From Moniliella sp. 'wahieum' (Eukaryota), in NCBI GenBank assembly GCA_003971905.1, contig RSEE01000060.1, positions 310,001 to 374,000 on the forward strand: a stretch of DNA of 64,000 bases, written 5' to 3'. Below, in pieces: positions 10,812 to 24,253 of the stretch; the stretch's first letter is position 1, and every line of letters begins with the position of its first letter. The translations under genes were made by a program, and so were the position numbers. Below the pieces are notes generated by a model. The model was not told the DNA's origin. It worked only from the letters and a program-made list of their open reading frames with translations, and ran no database searches.

Positions 10812-13800
10812 TCATGTATCACGTTCCAACAAGCGACGACTGACAATAGGCAACAGATGAAGATAGACCACGTCTCCTTTCCCCCCGCGCGTCTCAGGCC
10901 TCAGGGCGGCGGCGGAACAGACGCGCACCCAGCGGCCCTGCACATTCGCATTCGCATCCGCATTCGCATTCGCGTTCGCGCTGGTACGCACCTCAGGCTC
11001 CACCTCGCCCTCGCTGCCTGCCGCACGCAACGACGCCACCAGCTCCGTCTGCCTACCCCGCGCGGACGTAAGCAGGGCACGTCGATTGTGCGCTCCACGT
11101 CCTCAGTGGGCGCAAGGAGACGGAAAGTGCCTCCGCGCGGCTGGACGCGGGCGGCGAGGGGTAAGAAATGAGTTTGAGGGGGGCGAGGAGGGAAGTGGCC
11201 AAGGCGCCGTGTGCCGCATGCGCGCGACACACTCTACTCCAGCCCTAAGCGCGCTACTGTCTGGTGCACCGCGCATCCAGCATCCCCAAGTCTTCCTCCA
11301 CTCTCGTCTTCGGGTGTACTGGCCGCTGCGGCACACACAGTGCCCGACGCGTCTTCGTCCGCAACACTCGCCCACTGCCTGTCCGGCCAAGGCCAAGATG
11401 ACACTTGCACGTCCTTCGTTGGGCAGCGGCGCCAGCACCTCGGCCCCCTCGCGCTCGGGCGGGCGAAAGATACTGCCGCTGGCGGTGCGCAGGGAGCCGG
11501 TGCGCGCATGTTTCCTCTGTTGCGGCGGCGGAGGGTCGGGGTCAAGGCTAAGCGGCCAAAGCCGAGGTTGGTGCTGGGTGTCAGCGAGCCTGGGGGTCCC
11601 AAGGGCCCCAGCAGCGCCCTCACCACTTTATCCAGTGGCGCCTCCGTTTCGTCCCCTACGTTTGCGCGGGTGGGATGACGCTGGGCATAGAGCTGGGCCC
11701 AGTCGGTCTCGGACTGGGCATTCCACAGTTCTTCCTCGCCCAGGTGGGCCAGATCGATCAGGCCCAACTCGTTGGGTGCCAACCATGGTCGGGCCGGGAA
11801 GAGGATGGACTGCAGCACGTCGCACACCCATACCGCCCATAAGGTACGGCGCCGCTCCATACGACGTACCCAGCTCCTCCATCCGTTGTCTTCCTCTGGC
11901 TCGGGGACCAGCACCAGTTCCCGCACAGTCTGGGTCCAAATAACCATGTTAGCAAACCGATGCACACCAGATCCAATCAGCAGGCTAGTTCAGCAGGTAG
12001 GGCATGGGACAAGAGAGTGCACGTACAGTTACCGCGGCCGCATGCAACAGACGCGCATGGTTCTCACTAATCCGTTCGCCCGATAACAATGCGGCCAGTT
12101 GGCCCAAGACCAGGGCTTGAACACGCCGTACCAACCCATCCGGATCGCTTGCCATCTCTTCTCCCGCTCCCTACGCTTTCGCGCGGGGGAGGCAAATGCG
12201 GACTGAGTTGGACCAACGCGGAGCGTGGTGTGCGAGTAAGAAAGTGCGGGTGCGGGGGGTACGTGGTGGACCGAGGCGCGGAGAAGCACGAACGTTCGTC
12301 CCCATGCTCGAGTGGGTGTTGGTGTTGGTGTTCATGTTGAGTCCCAATGCCGTTTCGTGGGGAGACCTGGGGCTGGAGGCCAGAGAGGACGAGCGACTCA
12401 GCTACGCGTTGAATCAAATGCGCTTTGAGTGCGGTCAAGCTATGTTGGGGCTTGAGTTTGTGAGAGGGGCCATAGGCGGTGCCCAAGAGCGCCCCCCAGA
12501 GCAAGTCGCCATCGTTTGTCCTGCAAACGGATGGCTCGTTGGTGGGGGTAGATTGAGACGGAGCCCCTTTCGCTGGGCAAAGGAGCGGGCGGTACCATTT
12601 CCGGTCCTTGGCCGGGCCTCGGAAGGAGCAGGGGCAGGGGCCGAGAGTGAGAGCGAGGGCGAGGGAGAGGTAAGCTCCATAGGTTCGGTGGGATGGAACG
12701 TGGATAACAGGGTGGGAACATGGATAAAGGGCAAAGAAGTGCAAACGTCTGAGCGAACAAGTACACTTGATCTACCCCCAGACTCAACGCGGCTCCCCAG
12801 TCTCTTCTGCCGCCTCGGCTAAGGCATGGAGCGCGGATCCCGTGCCTCCGAAAAGTAGCGTCCAGCTCTGCTTGCAGTGCGGGGCAGCGCAGCAGCAGCC
12901 ATGTGGACATAGGCTGCAACCCAAGATTCGTCTCATCGTCGAGCGACTGGTCAAAGAGCCGAGCAAATTCCACATCGCCTTCATGCAGGGCAGAGACAAA
13001 GCCAGCCAAGCTGCCTGAACGAATCATACCCGACTCTTCCTCTATCGAGGCCGACAACGTCGTCGAGAGCAAAGCGGGCGAGCGCAGACCTGCATGCGGA
13101 TCCAGTCTCAGCCCAAGGCCCTGCGGCTCGGGCCCAGCGCGCATAGAGTTGAGCAGCAGCGTCCCGCGTCAAGTTCCCGCGATGGGGAACGCATCCGGCA
13201 AAGGACCGGGCTCGGGATACGGCTCGTATCGCTGGGGGGGCTCGCTGGTCGCTGTCGTTTCGTACCCCTCATACGGTATCCGTACTCGTACCGCCACCGC
13301 TCTGGCCCTCTTTCGGGCGAAGGACTCTCCTCAGGGCTGGACAACGAGGGCGAGCGACCGCGTGGCTGGGGGGGCGGCAGAGGCGGAGGCAAACGTACGG
13401 CTGTAAGGCGAAGGGCCTTGGCCATGGGGTCAGCATCGTTGCTGCATCGGCACTGGGGCGTGCAGATAGGTGTGGCGGATGCGGTGGGGATGGGCCAGAG
13501 GCGGCGGGAGCGGCGGAGAAGGCGTGCGCGGGGCATAGACTGCATGGGGCAGCGACGGCATGTGCGGTGGTGGCGGCGGCGGCGGTGGCATCATGTAGGG
13601 ATGGGGCAGGGCACTGGGCGGTCCATAGGGTGACGAAGACGGAGGCAGGAAGCGGTAGGGCGGGGTGCCGGGAAGGCGTGGGGGAGCGGCGGGGGCGGCG
13701 CTTGAACGGGGGTAGTGGCCGGCGACGAGCGTTCGGGCGGCACGGGCCGGGTGCTGGAGGAGGTGGTGGTGGCGGCGTGGTGGCGGCGATGGAGTTGTGG

Positions 13801-14153
13801 AGGGCGGTGTGGAGGTGGAGCTTCATGTGCCTCTGGAGACTGTCGGTGCGGGTGGACTTGAAGTGGCAGTAGGAGCACGCGAACGGCTTCTCGCCCGTGT
13901 GGGAGCGCATGTGGCGGCTGAGCCCGTTCTTGCGCTGGAAGCACTGGCTGCAGATGGCGCAGATGAAGCGCCCGGGCTGGCTGCCCGGCGCGGGCGCCGT
14001 CGACGTCTCCACGCGCGCTGGTGGTGCTGCTGCTGGCGGCGCTGGCGGCGGGGCTGGTGCGGCTGAGGGGCCGGACGGCGGCGGGTGCTCCGATCCAGCC
14101 CCGTGCTGGGGGGCGGCACCTGCGCTCGCCCCGTCCACTGCGGCGGCGCTCAT
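10812..14153 (-). CDS. C2H2 zinc-finger transcription factor with C-terminal fungal-specific TF domain (Adr1/Rsf2/AmdX-like architecture); frameshifted
   Basis: Two fingers, FICAICSQCFQRKNGLSRHMRSHTGEKPFACSYCHFKSTRTDSLQRHMKLH (about 13820-13967); fungal TF domain motifs PFIHVPT (ORF 12435-12734) and WRSWVRRMERRRTLWAVWVCD...EELWNAQSETDW (ORF 11234-11965). ATG at 14153; 3' end approximate. Confidence 0.88.
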
Positions 14154-17100
14154 GGAGGAGAGGATCGACGGTGAGGCTGGGGATGGGGATGACGGTGCGG
14201 GTGCGGGTGAGGGTGAGGAGGACGAGGAGGAGGAGGCTGGGGAGGAGGATGGAGATGGTGAGGACGAAGCGGACGAGGGCGGAGGCAGGTGCGGGTGCTG
14301 TCTGGAGAGTGCCTCAGCCACGCCCGACTCGCATGCCCCACCTCCTCCTCCTCCTCCCGCCGATCGCAGCGCGCCACTCGCCTCGTGCCGCCCCATGTGG
14401 CACCACTGCCCCCGTGCCTCCAACCCCTCCCTGTGGCCCCGTGCCTTGCACCCACCAACCCTACAGTCTGGTTCACAAACTGCCCCCGTGCTCTCGTTCT
14501 CTTCCCCACACCACGCCTGTCATGCTTGCTATCGCCCGTCGCGCTGTGCCCATCCCAGATCAAAATTAAAGGGAACACAGTGTGCCCCTCTTTCTGGACC
14601 GTGCCGTTCTGTGGTTGTATAGATGGATTGTGCCTTCTCTTAGTCCGTGTCCCCCTCAATACCACACCGCGACATTCTTCCCGTTTGATGCCTTGTCCGC
14701 TTCTCCCATCGCTCCCATCTCGGCTCGGCCACGCGGGGGCCTCATCGTGTTGTTGGACATAGTAATCGCCCAGAGACGCTCACGCCATGCACACCTGCAC
14801 TTCTTGGCATGGCGCTATTGGCGAGCGCTCAAACGGGCACAGAAATAGGAAGCCCCCCAGGAGTAAGTTGCCCCCGGATGGGGTTGACGACAAGAGGGCT
14901 GTGGGTCATTCGGCTCGAAAACCCGCTGTATTTTGCTTGTACCATCCCCATGATGGCCGCCAGGTGTCTGCGGTTGCCAGTAATAGGTGAGGCCCACATG
15001 AGCCGCATCTGTCTCATAACGAACTATTCGATCCTTCCCTTCCTTTCTGTCCTTAGTCTCACCTTCTATCTCTGGGCTTAGGAGTGCATGAAGGCGCACA
15101 AAAGGCACTACAGTCTTTTTGGTGTGTAACGCCCTTGAGCATCTCTCACTTCGCCTTCTGTTATAACATAATATGGAACTAAGAGATGGTTCTCGATGGC
15201 GATGACACTCTCTAATTAGCTGGCGATCCCCCTCGCATCTCTTCGCTGGCACAAGAGGGAGCAAGGAGGTCTAATCACTCCACACTGTCCTCATCAGATA
15301 TGTCAGCAGACTGTGTTTTGACGTCACGAACGATCGAAGAGAGGTTTTTCTATCTCATGTTTTTGGTATATAAACACAGAGCACCGTACTTTCAAAGCAC
15401 GTACAATCGCGGGGACAGAGAGAGCGACGGGTATCGAGATCCATGTCACGGTCGCACATCAATACTACGACGGTTCCGTAACATTCAATATGCAGTCAAA
15501 ATCCTTCCCCATCTCGGCCGAGAAGAGAGCTCTAGGTAGTGTTAGGTGTTGATAATGCATACCACTCGTGCCTAGGCTCCCAGCGTATCGAGGGTGTAAG
15601 ATTACAGACCCGTCCTGGAGTGGGAAAAAGACGTTTATACTAGGTTTTAACGAGACACCAAGATCGTATCGATCAGAGAGGGGACATCCTATATATGTCA
15701 CTAAGCTCACACGCTATATACAGCCCTGATACATGATAGTTCTTGCGGCCTTACAACGGTGATATGGATGTGTTTACCACAGTTATATATATGGGAGCAG
15801 TAGGTTACATATGATAGAGGCCATACCAACCAACTGTCTTCGTATGACATAGATTGAGCGATGTTGATCGACGGAGGATGGCTGATGATCGAGAAGAGAA
15901 CATGCGCTTGTCCACACCACTACGTGATTTATATTCAAGTCTTCACCTGCCCATACACTTCGATCGATTGACGGGTAATCGCATGTGGGGGGAGTATTTG
16001 CTCTCGGGGCCGCAGGTACATTTGTTTGTTACTTCCAAGGCAGGAAAGTCAAAAGGGGGAACCGCATGGTTCCCTGGTGTCTCTGACGGAGCAAATAGAT
16101 AACAGAAGAAACAGAGTATATATCCAAAACCAAGTTGATCGATGAAAGTACGGCAACGGGCTCTCCACAGCATTTTTTGTGATGATTTAGCGCACCACAC
16201 GCTCTCACTAATTAACCAATCTAGTCAGGTATTCTTGTTTGACAGAGAGAGCAAAGCACGCAAAACCTCTCTATACGGCTCTCCAGGCCCTGGTAGTGCA
16301 GAGGGGGCGGAGTTTGAGGGAAGACTCTGTGGGGCCCATCACAAAAAAAGTGTATCTCATGAAGCCCATGAGGTCTGAGAGGGTCAGGTCTGAGGCATGA
16401 TGCATGATGCATGACATGCATGACGCGAGACGCCATTACGCATGACGCGCCAGAGCAGCTCGCACCGATCTCAAAGATGATCTCGCCTGAGGCTCAGGTC
16501 TGAGGGTCTGAGGCCTGAATGTCCGACCCTGAACGTCTAAACAGTCCGACGGTGTTGTGTGCGACAACGGACAGAAGGCCGGTCGCAGGTTCCGAATCAC
16601 GGCGGGGTTAGTGCACATGTCGATGAGAGGCGAAGCTGTGCGAAAAAGGTGATTTGTGCGTGATTGCGTGGTTATGATTTAAGCACTCAGGCTCAGCGTG
16701 CTAAGTAACTAGTAATGACGTCAGGGTCACCGGTCACCGTGACTTTTGCTCCAGCATTCCTCTTGGATATGGCGGATTCGATGATCTCTGTCGTCGCGTC
16801 GTTGTTGATTGTCCTTTCGCCTAGTATAATTCTCGCTTTCACCTGGCTTAGCTGCCATTCCCGATGGCTAGTGTTCAATCATCTTAATCGCCAGCGATCA
16901 CGCGCACGCGGCACGTATGGAGCATCCTCCTCCCCTTTCGATGCCCGCCCACGGTCGCTTCGAACGCCCCCGATCGGCATGCGTCTTCGGGATGGTTTGC
17001 GGAGACGGGCTCTGTCACCTGTGTGACCTGCTGTGATGGCTGTGACATGTGACATGGGGGATACCAGGCTGCCATTGCATCATACCCGATCATCGATCAG

Positions 17101-17992
17101 GGTACCCCCCGCAGTCTCCGTAGATTGCGGGGGGGGGATGGGAGGTCTGTAGCACCTGGTAGGGCAGGCCTTGAGCCTCAAGCCGAGGCAAGCTGGAAGT
17201 GGCAACAGATAATTATCGATCACCGATTACCGGTACCGTGCATCCTTGACGCATGACGCGTGACGAGTGATCTCGAAGTGATCGTGCCTCCTCGGTCTGA
17301 AGACTCAGTTCTTCCTGGCTTGGCTGAGGGCCAACGCTGAATTCAACCAACCGCACTCTTTCCGGGTGAGCAGATGACGTGGGCGATGGCCCCTGCGTTC
17401 AGCGCCGCGCCGCCCAAGGCTCCGCAGTGACGTCGTTCGACGCTCAAACCAGGAGCTCTGTTCTATCGCTGCCCCTCGTGCATTCCTCGCAACAGCTACA
17501 ACAGAGAGGCCGCAAGCCAGATCCATGCGGCTGTATCTCGTCTGCTGCTGAAGCAAACTCACGTGTTGACGACTGGTCTGGTCCCGTTGGGGGCAAGTGG
17601 CCATCCGATACATACCTGGGCCAGCACGCGTGCGCTCTCCTAGCTGTCGACCGCAAGCAGGCCGGCACAAAATGCTGTGAATCGCAGCCGGGGGATGCCT
17701 GAGAGGGTCTGAAGTCTGAGGTGATGCTGTCGGTGATCTCTGAGCGATGGCGTCGCAGCACAACGTGCTACTGTAGGCCCAAGCGCGGTCCATGGACTCT
17801 GGGGTCTGGTGGCTTCTCGTCATCACACCACACTCAGTGCTGGCGTCGCGCCATCCTGTGGCTGTGTCAAGTTTCTAGATTGGTGCGCTCCCAGCGCTCC
17901 CTTCTCCGCCTCCAACTCGCTCTCTTCTCTCTCCCGTTCCATCAGCTACCACCTTATATACTCCTCCATCCACCCCGACCCGCGCACGCAAC

Positions 17993-20986
17993 ATGGCCAC
18001 CTTTGTCGACTTGATTGCCTTCGTTGTTTTCATCCTTGTTCTCCTCGTCATGGCCTCAAAGATCTCAAGTAACGCTGTACGTCTTCTCCTGAGTTTCGAT
18101 GATTGTTCAGCTTCTCGACCGAAACAAGATCGAACAAGATCCTAACCCTGGCTGGATCTGTGCAGCAATCCAAGGTTCCCCCCGGCACCGAAGGAGCTGG
18201 CACCGCCACCACTTGGACCGAGGCGGCAGGCAACGCAGCCTCCTCTGTCGCTGGTACCGCATCGAATGTAGCCCAATCCGCTGCGCAGACTGTCGGCTTG
18301 AGCAGCACCCAAGACCAAGCCACCGCGGCCGACACTGAGCCCGCTTCGAAGAGCAAGTCTGAGACTAAGGATGGGACCAGCCCCTCCTCTGGCTCAGAGG
18401 AGAAGGAGAAGACCGGCAGCAAAGGATCGGAACCGGGAGTGACTGTCGAACAGCGCGACGGATGCACTGTGATCAATGGTGTCAACCTCCAGAAGAACTT
18501 GGGACAAGGCAGTGGTCTTTCAGCTCCCTCGGGTCCAGCCCATAAGACCGATTCAGAGCCCAAGGAATCCACTTCCCTTTCGGACAAGTCCCAGCACAGC
18601 GGCACCAACTTTCGAGAAGTGGCACGGGTGCCACAGGCTCGACCGGCACGGCGGGCACCGCAGCCACGACGGCCACGACGGGGGCAGCCGGTGCCAAAGA
18701 TACCAGTTTGGCCACGTCGGGTTTCTCCGAAAAGGATCTCAAGACGAGTACCAAGTCGGTTCCTCAGTACCCCAAGGGCGATCCCTCTCTCCAAACCTCG
18801 CCCGAAGAAAGCATTTCTGCCGCCCAAGGTTCGAGCAAGGCCTCTGTCCCGCAGTCTCACTCGACAACTGGGGTGAACGGTTCGGCCCTCGGTGCAGGTG
18901 CCGGATCGACTACCGGCGCAGCTACCGGTGCGGCGGCCGGCACAACCCATTCTTCTGGAACCACCGCTGGTGCTACTTCGGGCGCTGGTGCGTCCCCAAC
19001 GCCGCGTCGGGCACCGGTGCCACCAGCAGTGGTGAACCCTCCGGGGCAGGCGCAGCCAGCATCACTGGTATTGCCACCGGCGCGGCAGCCCCCACGGCCG
19101 AGAAGGTGGCCCAGTCGGAACGTGAACGTGCCGCTGGCAACTCGGCTTCTCAGGGTGGCATCCTTAGCGGCATCTCGAACAAGATTGCCAGTGTCACTGG
19201 CTACGGAACGTCCTCCACTGAGCCCACGTCGCAAGTTGGTTCGGACGCGCACGACTCTACCGCCAGGTCTACCGGTTCGACCGGAGACGCCGCTACAGGC
19301 GCGTTGGGTGGTGCGGCTGGTGGCGGGGCGTTGGGGTACGGTGCTGACAAGGCACTGCACCATGGCGAGTCTACGGGTCTGGGCCAGAAGGCCGAGGGTT
19401 ATGCCTCCGAGGGCAAGACAAGCTGTCCTCCTCGGCTCCCGGCCAGAAGGCTGAGGGATACGTTTCTCAGGGCCAAGACAAGCTCCCTTCGAAGGATGCG
19501 CACCTGTCTGGGCTGAAGAACAACATTTCTTCGCAGCAGGGCGCGTACCCTTCCACCACTCAGGCCCCCGGCTCGACGCTCCCGTCCACATCGGAGGCGA
19601 CGTCAACGGATCTCGAAGGTCGTGGGTTCACCGGCGCGTCAGCCCCGACCACCAGCACGGGGGCGACCGAGCAGCCCTCGGTGCTGGAGCAGGCCAAGGA
19701 AACAGCGTATGAACTTTACGAAAAGGCGACCGAGTTTGTTCAGGGACATCCCTCTGAGGGCGCCGCCGTTGGGGTCGGCTCGGGTTCGCAGCCGGTGCTG
19801 GTGCCGGGGCCGGGGTGGAGCACGGCGCGGACAAGGTTGCGTCACGGGAGATTCCTAGTTCGTCAGACACCGCCACGCACACCCCACCTCGGTGGGAGAG
19901 GCAGACACGTCGGCTCAGCAACCTTCGTACCTTACCCAAGCCAAGGAGAAGGCGTATGACCTGTACGAAAAGGCCGTTGGACAGAGCCCTTCGGATACCA
20001 CCGACGCCGGTACCACGGGTGCATCGGGCACCTCCGACTCTGCTGCGACGGGAGCAGCAGCAGCGGGGCTTGCCGGTGGGAGCGTAGGCGCCGGCGCGGA
20101 CCACCTCACCTCTGGCCAGACGGGCCACCACGCTGATCTTTCCTCGTCCAAGACAGGCGAGGCTGGGTCTTCCGCCTACCCGTCTGCCACCAAGGGACTC
20201 GGGTCCGATCCCACAACGGCAGGGGCAAGTAGTGGTGTGACTGGGAGCAACCCGATCTCGGACGTGGCAGGTAGCCAGACGGCCGCGCCTACCACGGGCC
20301 ACCAGAGCTTTACCGGGTGGCCGACAGTACCGCCAACAAGTCCACAGCGGGGACCGGGTCGGGTTTGGGTGCAGGTACAGGTGTAGCTGCCGGTGCCGGT
20401 GCCGGTGCGGCGGGTCTAGCTGGGTCCGGAGCTGCGGGAACTGCCTCGGGTGGAACCAGCAGCGGCAACGGGGTGGCATCCAACTTGGCCCACAGCAATC
20501 TCGCCTCGCAAGGGAAGAGCGAGGGTGAGAACGTCCTGTCCCAATCGAGCAACCCCAAGGATGCCCTGTCCACGGCGGAAAAGACGGCTGGGGGGAAGAA
20601 GGAGGGGCTGACCAAGGACGTTACCAAGACTGCTTCCGATCTCAAGTCCGACCCGACCAAAGGCGTGCAAGAGGCCGGTAACTACGCCCAGCAAGCTAAG
20701 AGCGAGTTGGGTGGAGCCGGCAGTGCTGGTGGTGCTACTGGGGCTGGCGGTGCTACTGGGGCTGGCGGTGCTACTGGGGCTGGCGGTGCTACTGGGGCTG
20801 GGGCTGGGGTTGGAGGTGCGACGGGAGCCGGCACCCGGTGGCGAGTATCTCTCTGGACTTGGGCATGCGAAGGGCGGGGCTGAGCATGAGGCAAAGACGG
20901 CTGAGAGCGAGGGTGAATCAGGTGTCAAGAAGAGCCACAAGCTCAAGGACGAGCTCAAGCATATCAAGGACAAGATCCTCCACTAA
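17993..20986 (+). CDS. Large Gly/Ala/Ser/Thr-rich LEA/hydrophilin-like stress protein with an N-terminal hydrophobic anchor; frameshifted
   Basis: Exon 1 MATFVDLIAFVVFILVLLVMASKISSNA; phase-0 intron 18077-18165 (GTACGT, CTAAC at 18142, CAG) joins in frame to QSKVPPGTEGAG. Repeats LEQAKETAYELYEKA / LTQAKEKAYDLYEKA and GQKAEGY x2; C-terminus KKSHKLKDELKHIKDKILH stop. Confidence 0.75.
20731..20802 (+). repeat. Coding 18-bp tandem repeat (GGTGCTACTGGGGCTGGC)x4 encoding GATGAG
   Basis: Read directly; matches GGATGAGGATGAGGATGA in ORF 20317-20883. Confidence 0.95.
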
Positions 20987-23932
20987 CTGGAGTGCCTCCT
21001 TTGCTGTGAAGAACCATTTTCTCCTGACGCACTCCGTGTCTGATTTCGAGTGTACATCCTGTCTACCATTTGACTCCTGTCGTGTTAGTATACGCCATAT
21101 TGTTGATCTTTCTGCTCTATACTTGTCCTCTCGTTGGTCGTACGAGGCATCCTGATAGTAGTCTACAGTGAGTATAAAGTAAATGTATTAGCCCCAACCT
21201 TCTAGAACGCAACACAACCGTAAAGAAGCTACATAGTACATTCCCACTATGCATTCTAGGTTGGAGGGAGTGAGTCTGGCTCCCACAAAGTAAATCTCTT
21301 GCTCCCTAGACAACCCCATCTTACCTTGAGCACCAGATGCACTCCACCAACTGTGTTCCAATTTGTATTTCGCTCATTGTTTCTTCCGCGCCACGGCATT
21401 TCTCTCTCAACCAGCAATGGCAGAGCCAAAGAGGACTCAGCTATTACATTCCACCCCCAACAGCAGAGTGCAGTTTCCATTCGCTTGGAGCCAGGGATGG
21501 CGCGTATTAACAAGCGAAATGTGTATACCCTGATCCGAAAAGGGGGTGCGGGGGAGAGGGCGCCTGTGTGCCGGCAATGTGGATGACGCAGTTTATCTCC
21601 CTGTTTTAGTGCCTGTGTTAAATTTTGCTCTTTAGAAGTCTTCATGAGGCTCGCCCATCCATGGATCTTTATTGTACACCGTGTTTTGGTCCTCTCGGCC
21701 GGGGGTTCTTCCAATGAGCATCCTCTAAACCCCCAATGGCCGAACGGCATATATGGCTTCAAAAGGACCGAGATCAACCTTGGTCACCATCTTATATACG
21801 TCTGGCGCTTTTGACCAGGAAGAACCGACAGAACGAACAATGCTGACTGAGAGGCCATTAAAGGGTAGTAGTGTGGGTTAGGAAGCCCCCCCCTAGATAG
21901 CCAAAATCCCAAAACGTGCGATGACTCTCCAGTGGACAATAAGAGCACAGTGGGAAACTGTATCCAGACACCTTGTCTGATACCTCTTCCACTTCGTTGA
22001 CACATGTGGGGTAGTCTATCGATTAGGAGCAGGTTGAACGGTGAACGAACAAAACGATTCAGAGCGAGAACTGAGTACTGGTGACTATTGACTGAGGGTC
22101 ACATGGCTCACCGGCGCGAAGACAGATGTATAAGACGAGTAATAGTGCAACAGACGTGAAAGGGAGAATGGAGGTAGCACCTAAGCAGTGTCGGCGAGGA
22201 AGCAGACCTGACAAATCACATCCCTTCTGCACTGTTCTATCCGACTCTCCTTTTTGTTCTGCCTCTGACGGACTCCTCTTTTGGAATGCTACTACCCTCA
22301 TCCCTCTCCCTTCATACACTACCAGTTCAGATATACAAAGCTCCCACAAATGAGCACCAAACGTCGGTGGTCGGACACTGTGGGGAAAACAGTATATATC
22401 ACCTTCAGAAGAGCAAACACCAGTGCATACACTGGCTGCTTACGCGCGGCCTACGGACCAAGATAAGGTCACAGGTGATGGTCGGACCATATACCGACAC
22501 GCGATCCTCTCCCCATGGCTTCATTTCCAGTTGCGTTTTGTCTCTGGATCAAGAGAGAAACTGTAGGTGTGGAGGGAGAACGCATATACTTTGCCTGGTT
22601 TGCCTTCCGCGGGGTTCGGCACCTGGGCTTGCGCTCCTTTCTGGCATCTACATATTAACAGAATGTGGAGAGAGAGCTAAGTGGTAAGTATGTAGGTGTG
22701 GGAGCCTTACGGGCCTATACGAGTACGCTCAGGCTCTGATTACTACAACAAAATGCTCGCGGCGAGTGACATGATGAAGGTGTTATGGATTGCCAATTGC
22801 GGCCCAAACCACCTGTCGCGGCATGTCCCTGGCCGATTGCTGAGGAGATTGAATGTTGATCTATGTTACTTGGTCTAAGGTCTAAGATCTAAAGCTAAAG
22901 GAAGAGGTCCTCAGCCTGCGGCTATCGACTATCGTTTTGCTCAGGGCCGGATCTGTGGGGCCTCAGGCTCGGGGACTGAGGATTCAGGCGCTGAATAAGC
23001 ACCCTGTTTCAATTGGGACGGGCAGCGTCCTGGAATCCACTTCTACACGAGCCTGACCCTGCTTGACCTACCGTGTCTGCGTCTACATATGCTACTTCGC
23101 ATAATACTTGCCATATGTCACACTACAGGTCACGTCATGCTAACCAGGCGTCCCTTTCTCGCCTTGTGCTGAAAGTCATTTTGCCGAACCCGACGCACGA
23201 TGAGCTGACCATTATGGTAGGGAAGGTATAGGGCCGACGAAGAGAGGGGGGGGGGGGTTGGTGGCGACACGATGTGTGCTACTATCTCCACAGCACCGAA
23301 TGTGCTGGGTGCTGGACTACCGAATCGCCACCGGCAGCAACTATAATAGTGGTGGGATGGTGCTAAATATCTCCGCCAGAGGCACAATTGTAGAGAGGGC
23401 TGAGGGCTGAGCGGTCCATGGATCCACCACGTGCAGTGCGCTGGGTGGGTGGGGGGGGGGGGGGGCGCACGAAATTGGGTGTGGCAAGACCATTGAGAAG
23501 ACAAGTAAAAGTACAGGTACAACGCTTCGGGCGTATGGATGTGCCGGGGGACCAGCAGGGAGATGGAATGGAGAGGTTTGGGAGGATGAGAGTGAGCTCC
23601 ACGGCCCAGACGAGAATGGTGGGCGGGAACGTCGTGAGTGGCGTAGCGAGATTCGAGATTGCAACGAGGGCGGGCCAACGTGGATCCTGACGGCCTGATG
23701 ATCGGGAGGTGGTGTAGCAGATCAAAAGAACAAAAGGGCGCGTAAGGACGGGGGTATCCGTTCGGCCCTGGCCGGGCGATGAGACGAGGGGGATGAGGTC
23801 TTGAGCCAAATATTAATAAGCAGACTGCTGATGGGAAAAGAAGGTGTTAGTAGGGGAAGAGAAGCAGTTGAACAAGCAAGAGAGTTGATTGAAGCGTGGA
23901 AGGGCCAAGAGCGGGAAGACATACAAAGCGCA

Positions 23933-24037
23933 TCAGTGCGTGTGACGCATGTTCATCATTGCCTTGCAATAAGGACAGCGCTTGTGGCTCGTGTAGTCCA
24001 CGAGCGCCTTGCAGGAGGGGCACTGGAACCATTTCAT
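23933..24037 (-). CDS. 34-aa zinc-ribbon microprotein MKWFQCPSCKALVDYTSHKRCPYCKAMMNMRHTH (CxxC-x11-CxxC)
   Basis: Intact ORF from ATG 24037 to TGA 23933. TATATAA at 24260-24254; upstream intron 24155-24055 (GTGCGT/CTGAC/CAG) ending 17 nt before the ATG; 3'-UTR intron 23924-23828 (GTATGT/CTAAC/CAG). Confidence 0.7.
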   Translation of the reverse strand: MKWFQCPSCKALVDYTSHKRCPYCKAMMNMRHTH

Positions 24038-24253
24038 CCTCGGGGACTGAGGTGCTGTGGACGCAGGCGAGGGCGCAAGGTCAGCTAGGTGCCGCCACCG
24101 GAGGATGGGGAAACAGGCCGGCGGAGAGGGGGATGAAGGATCACGAAGGACGCACAGTAAGTGTTGGTGGCGGGAGGCGGTGTAGTGCTTTTGGTCGAGG
24201 CAGACGGGCAGAAGAGATGGAAGCTGCTTCGAGGCGTTGGCATCGGGCAGGGG

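Noticed and set aside
13567..14665. Numerous long antisense or alternate-frame ORFs overlapping real genes, here and throughout the window
   Set aside because: Expected from high GC content and stop-codon scarcity; low-complexity products with no domain signatures.
16693..16878. Protein-like 61-aa ORF (IILGERTINNDATTEIIESAISK)
   Set aside because: Non-ATG start, no splice or promoter support, no recognisable domain.
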